From Clostridiaceae bacterium DTU079 (GTDB lineage: Bacteria > Bacillota > Clostridia > Acetivibrionales > Acetivibrionaceae): 64,000 nt of DNA. A model generated the notes under the pieces. That model was given only the letters and a program-made list of their open reading frames with translations, did no database searches and was not told the origin of the DNA. Position numbers and translations under genes: made by a program. Below, in pieces: positions 38,499 to 46,762 of this stretch. Position 1 is the first letter of the stretch; each line of letters begins with the position of its first letter. The DNA is taken from NCBI GenBank assembly GCA_001512505.1, contig LFSC01000009.1, positions 4,201-68,200 of the forward strand, read 5' to 3'.

Positions 38499-38545
38499 TG
38501 AAGAAAAATATAGAAGAAACCACGCTTCCTCTATATTTTTCTTCA
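38499..38545 (-). terminator. 20-bp AT-rich hairpin downstream of sigG (copy C of the GAAGAAAAATAT hairpin family), probable terminator
   Basis: Arms TGAAGAAAAATATAGAAGAA (38499-38518) and TTCCTCTATATTTTTCTTCA (38526-38545) with 1 mismatch and a 7-nt loop. On the minus strand it is followed by ATATTTGTTTATT. Lies 38 nt after the sigG stop. Confidence 0.6.
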
Positions 38546-38582
38546 ATAGACAGCAACACCCGTCAGAATTATACACTATAAG

Positions 38583-39356
38583 TTATATATATTTTCTCAT
38601 ATGCATCAGAGCAGTCTTTTCCAGTCTTGAAACCTGAGCCTGGGAGATTCCGATTTCTTCAGCAACCTCCATTTGAGTTCTGCCGTCAAAGAAGCGAAGG
38701 TTTAGAATAAGTTTCTCCCTGTCGTTTAACTTTCTCATGGCTTCATTAAGTGCAATGCCCTCCAACCAGTTTTCATCGGTATTCTTATCGTCTTTAACCT
38801 GATCCATAACATAAATTGCATCTCCCCCATCATGATACACGGACTCAAACAGCGATATGGGGTCTTGGATTGCATCGAGGGCAAAAACCACATCTTCCTT
38901 TGGAATACCGAGTTCTTTAGCTATCTCTTCCACCGTAGGTTCCTTTGAGTTCATATTTGTCAGCTTTTCCTTTGCCTGAAGGGCCTTGTACGCAATATCC
39001 CTCAGGGATCGGCTTACACGAATGGAGTTGTTGTCACGAAGATATCTCCTAATTTCCCCTATAATCATAGGAACAGCATATGTTGAAAATTTAACGTTTT
39101 GGGACAAATCAAAGTTGTCAATTGCCTTAATAAGGCCAATACAACCCACCTGAAAAAGGTCATCAACGTATTCTCCCCTGTTGTTAAATCTTTGAATAAC
39201 ACTCAATACAAGCCTCAAATTTCCCTTTATGAATTCCTCTCTTGCCGAGGTATCTCCATTATGCATTCTTTCAAAGAGAGCCTTTTTTTGTTCATTAGTA
39301 AGTACTGGCAATTTCGATGTGTTTACACCACATATTTCAACTTTATTGATTAGCAT
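38583..39356 (-). CDS. sigG: Sporulation sigma factor SigG
   Basis: 257-aa ORF nearly collinear with B. subtilis SigG as I recall it (NKVEICGVNTSKLPVL ... GNLRLVLSVIQRFNNRGEYVDDLFQVGCIGL ... VKFSTYAVPMIIGEIRRYLRDNN). Confidence 0.96.
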   Translation of the reverse strand: MLINKVEICGVNTSKLPVLTNEQKKALFERMHNGDTSAREEFIKGNLRLVLSVIQRFNNRGEYVDDLFQVGCIGLIKAIDNFDLSQNVKFSTYAVPMIIGEIRRYLRDNNSIRVSRSLRDIAYKALQAKEKLTNMNSKEPTVEEIAKELGIPKEDVVFALDAIQDPISLFESVYHDGGDAIYVMDQVKDDKNTDENWLEGIALNEAMRKLNDREKLILNLRFFDGRTQMEVAEEIGISQAQVSRLEKTALMHMRKYI

Positions 39357-39390
39357 AAAAAACCTCCCGGCAATAAATTTAAGTCAGTAT

Positions 39391-39419
39391 CATTATTGCC
39401 ATGGAGGTTATTTTTATAC
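39391..39419 (-). promoter_or_regulatory. Candidate forespore (sigma-F/G type) promoter of sigG
   Basis: Minus strand reads GTATA (39419-39415), a 14-nt spacer, then GGCAATAATG (39400-39391). This resembles the sigma-F pattern GTATA-N15-GGnrAnAnTw. Lies about 35 nt upstream of the sigG start. Confidence 0.3.
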
Positions 39420-39511
39420 TGCATATAACACCATAAAATTTTGCATAAAAGCCTTGACAAACCCTGCACCAGTTGAAAATACTTGAACTGGTATTTTGTA
39501 GCAATATAAAA

Positions 39512-40246
39512 TCATGTCATTTTGCTTATTTCCTTTCTTAACCTGCTTATAATCTTTTTTTCAAGTCTTGATATATATGATTGGGAAATACCGAGCATGT
39601 CGGCAACTTCCTTCTGTGTTTTCTCAATCCCGCCGTTTGTAAGCCCAAAGCGAAGCTCCATTATTTTCTTCTCACGCACCGAGAGCTTTTTCATAGCTGT
39701 GCTAAGAAGCTCTCTATCCACTTCATCCTCAATACTTCTTTGAATAAGGTCATTTTCTGTCCCAAGAATATCTGAAAGAAGCAATTCATTACCGTCCCAA
39801 TCGACGTTTAGAGGCTCATCTATTGAAATCTCCGTCTTCATACGGTTATTTCTTCTTAGATACATCAATATTTCATTTTCAATGCATCTTGATGCATATG
39901 TAGCAAGCTTAATGTTTTTACTTGGGTTAAACGTATTTATGGCCTTAATTAACCCAATTGTACCTATGGAAATGAGATCCTCGACCCCCACTCCCGTATT
40001 TTCAAATTTTCTTGCGATATATACTACTAACCTTAAATTTCTTTCTATCAAAATTGACTTTACCCCATAATCTCTCTTCTCCAACTTATTTAGTAGATAG
40101 TTCTCTTCATCGTTACTCAGCGGCGGCGGCAAGGCTTCACTTCCTCCGATATAGTAAACGGGAGATTTATCGTAAAGTCCAAGCTTTCCCAACACATTAA
40201 TATACTTAATCATCAAAAAAAGTTTAAGCTTCTTAAAAACAAACAT
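39512..40246 (-). CDS. sigE: Sporulation sigma factor SigE (pro-sigma-E)
   Basis: 244-aa ORF with a pro-sequence ([20 protein letters not shown]) followed by [18 protein letters not shown], as in B. subtilis pro-sigma-E. Confidence 0.96.
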   Translation of the reverse strand: MFVFKKLKLFLMIKYINVLGKLGLYDKSPVYYIGGSEALPPPLSNDEENYLLNKLEKRDYGVKSILIERNLRLVVYIARKFENTGVGVEDLISIGTIGLIKAINTFNPSKNIKLATYASRCIENEILMYLRRNNRMKTEISIDEPLNVDWDGNELLLSDILGTENDLIQRSIEDEVDRELLSTAMKKLSVREKKIMELRFGLTNGGIEKTQKEVADMLGISQSYISRLEKKIISRLRKEISKMT

Positions 40247-40324
40247 AACCTCGCTCCCTTCAACTAAAAATGATATATAATTTTACTAAAATTTTGACCC
40301 TGCTTAAAAAGTAAAATTACCCTT

Positions 40325-41218
40325 CTAAACCAATTCAGGACTTAAAAGCGCATTATAATTATTGTTTTTGGATAATGCCCTGTTGTAAATTCCTATGATC
40401 ACGTCTGTAACCCCCTTCTTTTCAGTATTTTCACCCACCTCAATATAATCGGGCTTAAATCCGATTAACATCCCGTTTTCTTTGCCCAAGGATTTAAACG
40501 GAATAAGTCTGAATCTCGACAACCAACTGGAGCCTGACACTATTTGAGTTACGCTGTTGAGGTCGTCTTCAATTGATTTATCAAAAATGCTCTGTATTTC
40601 CCTGGGCAATATATGTTTAATGGCATTAAACTCTACAACCACAACCGGTGAGTTGGTTAAAGGATCGTAAAGGGAGTTACCGGTATCAATCAGAGCCGAC
40701 AGATCGGTTATTTCATTTTCAAAAGCCACTTTCAAAGGTATTAAAAGCTTTTCCTTGGAAAGCCTTTGCTGAACTATATCCCAGAAAACCCTTATTATAA
40801 TGCCCGCTGTTAAAATTGCAAAAAGCAGAGAGGTCCATTTGGAATTCCACACATACACAATTCCGTTTTTTACAAATCCCCCTGTTTGATTAAAATAAAA
40901 AAACGCAAAGGCAGCACCGGCAAATATAAAAGTTGAGACATAAAATGTCACCAGAGTTCTGATAAAAGGTATCAATTTTCCGGGAGAAAAAGCAATAGCC
41001 ACAATCAAGAATGACAAAGCTATTTTCGCAGTAGTACTATAGTAAACCTTGATATTTGGAAACAACAGCAGGATTACTACATACAGAGCACCTATCAGAG
41101 ACGCTAAAAGCAACTTTAAATGAGATGTCTTATTCTTTGAAAATTTAGCTGTCAGCAACAATATAAGATAGTTAATAACTACATTTTCCAGAACTAAAAC
41201 ATCAACATATATTTTCAT
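40325..41218 (-). CDS. spoIIGA: Sigma-E processing peptidase SpoIIGA
   Basis: The ORF track gives 40325..41266. I prefer the ATG at 41218 (MKIYVDVLVLEN) with GGAGGCGGC upstream. Five TM helices and the aspartic protease motif LIDTGNSLYDPLT. Confidence 0.93.
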   Translation of the reverse strand: MKIYVDVLVLENVVINYLILLLTAKFSKNKTSHLKLLLASLIGALYVVILLLFPNIKVYYSTTAKIALSFLIVAIAFSPGKLIPFIRTLVTFYVSTFIFAGAAFAFFYFNQTGGFVKNGIVYVWNSKWTSLLFAILTAGIIIRVFWDIVQQRLSKEKLLIPLKVAFENEITDLSALIDTGNSLYDPLTNSPVVVVEFNAIKHILPREIQSIFDKSIEDDLNSVTQIVSGSSWLSRFRLIPFKSLGKENGMLIGFKPDYIEVGENTEKKGVTDVIIGIYNRALSKNNNYNALLSPELV

Positions 41219-41310
41219 TCTGCCGCCTCCTAAAAAACCGCAAATTAATGAATGCTCCCACCACAAGAAAATATCCTAAATAACATATATGCAAAAGCAT
41301 GTTTGATTAT

Positions 41311-41335
41311 TATTGATTTAACTAAGTTAAATCAA
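41311..41335. promoter_or_regulatory. Perfect 25-bp palindrome in the predicted spoIIG leader
   Basis: ATTGATTTAAC-TAA-GTTAAATCAAT: 11-bp arms with a 3-nt centre. Located between the candidate -10 (41357-41352) and the spoIIGA start. Confidence 0.5.
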
Positions 41336-41351
41336 TATTTATTTATTTTTG

Positions 41352-41384
41352 ATTATACAAATAAATAAATATTTATTTTGTCAA
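41352..41384 (-). promoter_or_regulatory. Candidate spoIIG promoter: consensus -35 and -10 hexamers separated by an over-long 21-nt spacer
   Basis: Minus strand reads TTGACA (41384-41379), a 21-nt spacer, then TATAAT (41357-41352). The 0A-box-like heptamers TGTCAAA (41379-41385, plus strand) and TGACAAA (41412-41418) overlap or lie upstream. B. subtilis spoIIG has the same design (22-bp spacer, Spo0A-P dependent). Confidence 0.55.
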
Positions 41385-41445
41385 ACCTCAGTGTAGAAAA
41401 AAAAAATCGTGTGACAAAATCAATGGAGTTTTTTAGGGGAGGGGG

Positions 41446-41614
41446 AAGTTGAGAAAAATATTCCAGAAACTTGAGTTTCGCAGTCTAGAGCCTGTAAATA
41501 CTCTTCGGGGTCGAGCAAAACTCGCTTTGCTCAGACAATGCTCTCCCTTTCCTCGTCGTATTAACAGGCTCTACGCCTGGCTTCACAACGTTTCTTCCAT
41601 ATTTTTCTTAACTT
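41446..41614. repeat. About 170-nt imperfect palindrome / rod-like structured element (copy A of the hairpin family); MITE-like element or structured ncRNA, strand unresolved
   Basis: Outer arms 41446-41470 and 41590-41614 pair at 22/25 positions. Inner perfect 10-bp helix TAGAGCCTGT (41486-41495) / ACAGGCTCTA (41564-41573). The apex has ACTC-TTCG-GGGT (41500-41511) and GAGCAAA-N6-TTTGCTC (41513-41532). The interior is more GC-rich than the flanks. Confidence 0.6.
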
Positions 41615-41669
41615 GTCACCAGTTCAGGTAGGTATATAAAGATTAATATACTTCTTAGATAATAAAAAA

Positions 41670-41699
41670 AGTGTAAGGGTATACAACAATATTACACTC
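41670..41699 (-). terminator. Probable ftsZ terminator
   Basis: AGTGTAA (41670-41676) pairs with TTACACT (41693-41699). On the minus strand the stem is followed by T7. Lies 45 nt downstream of the ftsZ stop. The loop is rather large (16 nt). Confidence 0.5.
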
Positions 41700-41743
41700 T
41701 CACACTTTTCTCACCTTTATTAATTTATTTTATAATTCAATAA

Positions 41744-42838
41744 TTATTTAAATCTGTTTCTCCTTAAGAAGGTTGGTATTTCCAACTCATCCGATGATGA
41801 CTGTACGGAAGGAGCTGTTTTTTCCGGAGCTGATACAGTAGGCTTTTCGCTAACAGCAGGCTTGTCAATTTTCTTCACAATAGGAGATTTGTCAAAACCT
41901 GTAGCAATTACAGTGATCAAAATCTCATCCTTGAGATTTTCATCAATAACCGCTCCAAAGATAATATTAGCATCGGGATCAGCGGATTTCTGTACCAGTT
42001 CCGCTGCCGTGTTGACCTCAAACAGTCCAAGATCTGCACCGCCGGTAATGTTGAGAAGAACTCCTCTTGCTCCGTCTATGGAAGTCTCCAAAAGCGGGCT
42101 CTGAATTGCCTGTTTTGCAGCCTCTTCTGCCCTGTTCTCGCCGGATGCACGTCCGATACCCATGTGGGCCAGACCGGTATCCAACATAATTGTCTTGACG
42201 TCGGCAAAGTCTAGGTTTACAAGACCAGGCACAGCAATCAGATCCGATATTCCCTGTACACCCTGCCTTAGCACATTATCAGCGATCTTAAAGGCATCAA
42301 CAATGGAAGTCTTCTTTTCTGCCACCTGAAGCAGTCTATCATTAGGTATTGTAACCAGAGTATCAACAGTGCTTTTCAATGCCTCTATTCCTCTCTCGGC
42401 ATGCTGCATCCTTTTTCTTCCTTCAAACATAAAGGGTTTTGTCACAACACCTACAGTTAAAATTCCCATTTCCTTTGCAATTTGCGCAACCACCGGAGCA
42501 GCTCCCGTTCCTGTTCCTCCGCCCATACCGGCAGTTACAAAAACCATATCTGCACCCTTAATTGCCTGGGCTATCTCATCCTTGCTCTCGTTAGCCGCCT
42601 TCTCACCGATTTCAGGGTTGGCTCCTGCTCCAAGTCCCTTTGTCAGCTTATCCCCAATTTGGATTTTAGTATTTGCTTTTGATAAAAACAAAGCCTGTTT
42701 ATCTGTATTTATCGCTATAAATTCCACACCACGCAAACCTGCAGTTATCATTCTATTAACAGCATTATTTCCTCCGCCACCAACACCTATAACTCTTATC
42801 TGGGCAAACTGTTCCATATCGATATCAAACTCCAGCAC
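41744..42838 (-). CDS. ftsZ: Cell division GTPase FtsZ
   Basis: The ORF track gives 41744..42874 (TTG start). I prefer the GTG at 42838 ([31 protein letters not shown], matching the Bacillus FtsZ N-terminus) with GGGGGA 6 nt upstream. Tubulin signature [10 protein letters not shown] present. Confidence 0.96.
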   Translation of the reverse strand: MLEFDIDMEQFAQIRVIGVGGGGNNAVNRMITAGLRGVEFIAINTDKQALFLSKANTKIQIGDKLTKGLGAGANPEIGEKAANESKDEIAQAIKGADMVFVTAGMGGGTGTGAAPVVAQIAKEMGILTVGVVTKPFMFEGRKRMQHAERGIEALKSTVDTLVTIPNDRLLQVAEKKTSIVDAFKIADNVLRQGVQGISDLIAVPGLVNLDFADVKTIMLDTGLAHMGIGRASGENRAEEAAKQAIQSPLLETSIDGARGVLLNITGGADLGLFEVNTAAELVQKSADPDANIIFGAVIDENLKDEILITVIATGFDKSPIVKKIDKPAVSEKPTVSAPEKTAPSVQSSSDELEIPTFLRRNRFK

Positions 42839-43124
42839 TTTAAATCCCCCTTTTTTTTCATTGGTAACAACCAACCGTTAATTACATCACTTCTATACTG
42901 ATTTTCAAGATATTGTCCAAAATTAAATACATGTTAACAATCATTCTCTCAATAATTAATAATATATTAATATTAAAGATTTCGCAAGAACGTATTTCGG
43001 GTATTTAATCCGCTACTTGAAATCTAAAATATACATCGGTAAGATTGAAAAAACAATTACATATAATTTATATAATTATACTCAATTAAAATAAATATGC
43101 GTTTCGAAAAAAAGAATTAAAATG

Positions 43125-44354
43125 TCAAAATAAACCGTTGAAGAGACTGGCTATTTTCTTTAGAATTCCAAACTCCTTTTTTTGCCTGTTTGGTTTTGAG
43201 CTTTTTGTGTCTTTTCTTCCTGACTTCATCCGTTCTGCAACATACCTTAAAATAGCAATTGAAGTCAGATACTCGGGGTTTGCAATGCCCAGAGACTTAT
43301 AGGCTACCAACCTGACAGGTAAATTAAAAACTTCCTTTGCCAACTCTACACTGCCATCCATATATGAAATACCGGCTCCGGCAAGAACAATCTCTCCGCT
43401 GAAATCCTTAAATTCGCCGGTTTCTTCAAGTTTTTCCTTGCAAAGCAAAAATATTTCCTGAATTCTAGCTTCTATTATCTCAACCACCTGTGAAACTTTA
43501 ATTGTTTTTCTGGTATTTCCGTCAAGTTCATTAACAGTTATTTCATGATCATTGCTAATAAGCGAAGTAAGAGCCAAGCTATATTCTCTCTTAAGTTTTT
43601 CCGCATCACTTGACGATATTCGAAGACCTATGGAAATATCATTTGTAATATGATCCCCTCCCACAGGTATGGAATCATACAATACTATGCTCTTGTTTTT
43701 GAATACCGATACATTTGTAACTCCACCGCCAATATCGATAAGAACTGCTCCCATCTCTTTTTCATCAAAAGTCAAAGCAGTTTCTCCCAGCGCAAGAGCT
43801 TCAGCAATAAAACCGTCAATAGTAACATTGGCCTTTTCCAAACTTTTTACAATATTGTTAAATGTTGTTATTTTCCCGACAACAACATCCGATTCCACTT
43901 CAAGCTTTACTCCTGCCATACCAAGAGGATCAATAATTCCGTCACATCCATCCACTATATACTGTCTTGGGACTATATCAATAATCCGGAGGTCTTCAGG
44001 AAGTTTAACGTCTTCAACCTTTTTAAGAACCCTTTCAATATCCCCCGATGTTATTTCATGATCCTGCCTTAAAACATCTACAGAACTTTTAAAATAGAAT
44101 AAGTCGACATGTAATCCCATAACATTTACATAAGCAGATTCTATGCTTATATTTGTCAGAGCCTTCAGTTTTTGAACGCAGCTTCTCACTGCATCCGAAA
44201 CGGAGTCAATATCGACAATTACCCCTTTTTTCACTCCGCTGCAAGGCTCAATAGCCTTCCCCAATATTTCCACATTGCCCAATTCGCTCAATCTTGCAAC
44301 AAAAGCACAAACCTTGGATGTTCCTATATCAATACAACTAATTATATCCTCCAC
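43125..44354 (-). CDS. ftsA: Cell division protein FtsA
   Basis: 409-aa actin-like ATPase (IDIGTSKVCAFVA ... LIDIGGGVTNVSVF) with a C-terminal amphipathic helix (ILKKIASLFNGLF). Confidence 0.95.
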   Translation of the reverse strand: MEDIISCIDIGTSKVCAFVARLSELGNVEILGKAIEPCSGVKKGVIVDIDSVSDAVRSCVQKLKALTNISIESAYVNVMGLHVDLFYFKSSVDVLRQDHEITSGDIERVLKKVEDVKLPEDLRIIDIVPRQYIVDGCDGIIDPLGMAGVKLEVESDVVVGKITTFNNIVKSLEKANVTIDGFIAEALALGETALTFDEKEMGAVLIDIGGGVTNVSVFKNKSIVLYDSIPVGGDHITNDISIGLRISSSDAEKLKREYSLALTSLISNDHEITVNELDGNTRKTIKVSQVVEIIEARIQEIFLLCKEKLEETGEFKDFSGEIVLAGAGISYMDGSVELAKEVFNLPVRLVAYKSLGIANPEYLTSIAILRYVAERMKSGRKDTKSSKPNRQKKEFGILKKIASLFNGLF

Positions 44355-44410
44355 TTACGTAAACCTCCCATGAGCATAGCACCCACTCAACTAAGTACAC
44401 CAAAACAAAG

Positions 44411-44776
44411 CTAAACTTCTTTATTACCTAATATATTATCTTTTTTTGAAAATTTATTCAATAGGCATCTGCGAATAATTGCAAAATTTAAAAACAGCCT
44501 GTTTCCGAAAGCAAATATAGCTGCAAAATATATCTGAATACCCAATTTATCACCAATATAAGTAAGTACAGCTGCCAATAATGCATTTCCGAAAAACCCC
44601 GTTAAAAAAACACTCAAATTAAATCTTTTTTCTAAGGTTGAAACCACTCCTCCAAAGACAGAATCCAATGCAGCAAGTATAGCCACTGCCACATAACTTG
44701 AGTATTGGTCGGGTATGTTGTATGGAATAAAAATTCCGATTACAATACCGATAATTAAACCCAATATTGGAATCAT
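44411..44776 (-). CDS. sbp: Small basic protein Sbp (DUF1290)
   Basis: 121-aa membrane ORF (MIPILGLIIGIVIGIFIPYNIP ... ALDSVFGG) in the position of sbp, between divIB/ftsQ and ftsA. Confidence 0.85.
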   Translation of the reverse strand: MIPILGLIIGIVIGIFIPYNIPDQYSSYVAVAILAALDSVFGGVVSTLEKRFNLSVFLTGFFGNALLAAVLTYIGDKLGIQIYFAAIFAFGNRLFLNFAIIRRCLLNKFSKKDNILGNKEV

Positions 44777-44795
44777 ATTTATTTTTCCTCCCTTT

Positions 44796-45653
44796 CTAAT
44801 CCGGTATAAAGCTGGGATATTCGCCGGATTTAAAATTCAAAAATCCTCTGTCATCTTCTTTAAGCTTGAGATAAAAAATCTCTCTTAAAAAATCAATTTT
44901 ATATTCAGTGATTTCTTTATAGTTTCCAAAATTAACAACTATTCTTGAATCAAGACAGACAGCGATGTTATCCAAATCAGTAACATCAATATAGGTTATG
45001 ATATCCTTGATGCTGAACTCCTTTCCCCTATCTCCTGCGTTGGTATCCGATAAAGAAACCGTCTTCATAACCTTGTTGAAAGCTTCAATAAACTCATAGC
45101 TTTCCGCTTTCAAAGCCTGTCCCAATGAATAACCGTCGCATACCAATCCTCTGATAACGGGGAGCCTGATACCGTCTATATCATTAGTTGTGTCTATAAC
45201 ATGACCGTTATCGTCTATGACAAGATGCGTACCAAGATACGGAACCAATGCCACCGGTTCCCTTTCGGTTACGGTAATCTTGACAACGCCGGGTATTCCG
45301 ATTTTTACAACAGCACTTTTTAAATAGGGACATCTCTCCAATAACAGTTGCTCGGAATCAATGGACCTAAACATAATAATACCCTTTAAATTCAAGCTGT
45401 TGGACTTAAACCAGTTGGTTCCGGCAATCAAACCGGAAGCATTAATCACTTCATTGCTATTATAATGCTTATTGCCATAAACTTCAATCCTATTGATATA
45501 AAATAAAGGAGAAAGCGCCAAACAAACCAAGACTACCCCAATAAATAAGGTAATCAACAAAAATCTGATAAAACGAAAAATCTTAAACTTTTTTCTTTTG
45601 TGTTTTTTCTTCGGCTGAAACTCAGCACTGGTTGTAATCTCTTGCACTTTCAA
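44796..45653 (-). CDS. ftsQ: Cell division protein FtsQ/DivIB
   Basis: 285-aa ORF with a basic cytoplasmic N-terminus, one TM helix, a POTRA domain (INRIEVYGNKHYNSNEVINASGL) and an FtsQ beta domain. Confidence 0.88.
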   Translation of the reverse strand: MKVQEITTSAEFQPKKKHKRKKFKIFRFIRFLLITLFIGVVLVCLALSPLFYINRIEVYGNKHYNSNEVINASGLIAGTNWFKSNSLNLKGIIMFRSIDSEQLLLERCPYLKSAVVKIGIPGVVKITVTEREPVALVPYLGTHLVIDDNGHVIDTTNDIDGIRLPVIRGLVCDGYSLGQALKAESYEFIEAFNKVMKTVSLSDTNAGDRGKEFSIKDIITYIDVTDLDNIAVCLDSRIVVNFGNYKEITEYKIDFLREIFYLKLKEDDRGFLNFKSGEYPSFIPD

Positions 45654-45667
45654 CAGACCCTACTCCT

Positions 45668-46618
45668 TTATTCTTCTCTTCTTATTACAGCCCCAACCAA
45701 GGATAATTTCTTTTCAATGTCTTCGTATCCCCGGTCAATATGCTTTGTTCCGCTTATAACAGTTGTGCCTTCGGCTGCCAATGCCGCAATTATCAACGCA
45801 GCTCCGCCTCTCAAATCCCTCGCCACTACCTGAGCACCCGTTAGCATCTTTACACCTTTAATTAACGCCAGCCTTCCTTCCAGCTTTATATCGGCGCCCA
45901 TTCTTAAAAGTTCCTCAACATGCTTGAATCTGTTTTCAAATATTGTCTCAACTATTATGCTTGTTCCCCGGGCAACCGAAAGCAGTGAAACAAACTGAGA
46001 CTGCATATCGGTAGGAAATCCCGGATATGGCAAGGTTCTGATTATATCTACAGCACGGGGTCTGGTAGGACCGGAAACATGTATGTTGTTTTTCTTTATA
46101 TTAACACGGCAGCCGGCCTCTCTAAGGTAAGATATTACGGACATAAGATGCTCTGCCGTAACATTTCTGAGGTTTAAATCTCCTCCGGTGATGCCTGCGG
46201 CCACCATATATGTACCTGCTACAATTCTGTCGGGAATAACGGTATGTTCAACATTGTTAAGCTTCTTATTTTTTCCCCTTATCCTAATAGTACTGGTTCC
46301 GGCTCCCGAAACATCAACTCCCATTTGAACAAGGAATTTTTGAAGGTCTACAATCTCCGGCTCCTTTGCCGCATGACGTATCACGGTATCTCCTTCTGCA
46401 AAAACAGCCGTCAGCATTATATTCTCCGTAGCTCCGACACTGGGAAAATCCAGTTGAATTTCACAACCCCGGATTTTATCCACCTCGCAGTATAAAAAAC
46501 CGTGATGTGCATCATGCACCTTGACTCCCATTTTCCTTAGAGCTTTGATATGAAGATCTATCGGTCTCGGACCTATTTCGCACCCACCCGGATAACTAAT
46601 TTTATTGTACCATCTATT
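45668..46618 (-). pseudogene. murA: 5'-truncated UDP-N-acetylglucosamine 1-carboxyvinyltransferase (murA) lacking about 110-115 N-terminal codons
   Basis: The open frame runs from the stop at 46619-46621 to 45668. MurA similarity begins abruptly at (K)ISYPGGCEIGPRPIDLHIKALRKMGVKV (46603 downward), which is the catalytic Cys loop normally near residue 115. The first ATG (46531) is an internal Met with no proper SD. No N-terminal MurA coding is found upstream in any frame. Confidence 0.7.
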
Positions 46619-46691
46619 TTATCATTGTACCACTTCAAAAAAGAGGTATCAAATATTTTTAAAGGGAAATACTTCCCTATGAAAAAATTTG

Positions 46692-46720
46692 TTCATAACC
46701 GTATATCTTTATGCTATAAT
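46692..46720 (+). promoter_or_regulatory. Candidate sigma-A promoter of murT-gatD with an extended -10
   Basis: TTCATA (46692-46697), a 17-nt spacer ending in TGC, then TATAAT (46715-46720). Lies 42 nt upstream of the murT ATG. Confidence 0.45.
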
Positions 46721-46762
46721 TTTGAGATATAAAACAAATTTAATATAAAAGCAGGGATACAG

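Noticed and set aside
41446-41614. Specific identification of the rod-like element as 6S RNA (or SRP RNA)
   Set aside because: The overall shape is compatible. However, I cannot verify the conserved central-bubble features, I found no good promoter or terminator on either strand, and the arms are shared with two terminator-like hairpins. I therefore report only an unassigned structured or repeat element.
41449-41631. 60-aa TTG-initiated ORF (MRKIFQKLEFRSLEPVNTLRGRAK...) preceded by a purine-rich GGGGAGGGGG stretch
   Set aside because: It lies entirely inside the long palindromic element, so its open frame is most simply a by-product of the repeat. I recognise no similarity to any protein, and its Arg-rich composition is odd. 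It is kept only as a remark under the structured-element finding.
42369-42881. Long antisense ORFs opposite real genes, such as the 170-aa ORF opposite ftsZ, 3838..4374 opposite flhG, 24621..25139 opposite fliF, 59226..59837 opposite dnaE and 29511..30155 opposite topA
   Set aside because: They are shadow ORFs on the strand opposite strongly supported conserved genes. Their translations are low-complexity or hydrophobic, with no SD sequences and no recognisable motifs.
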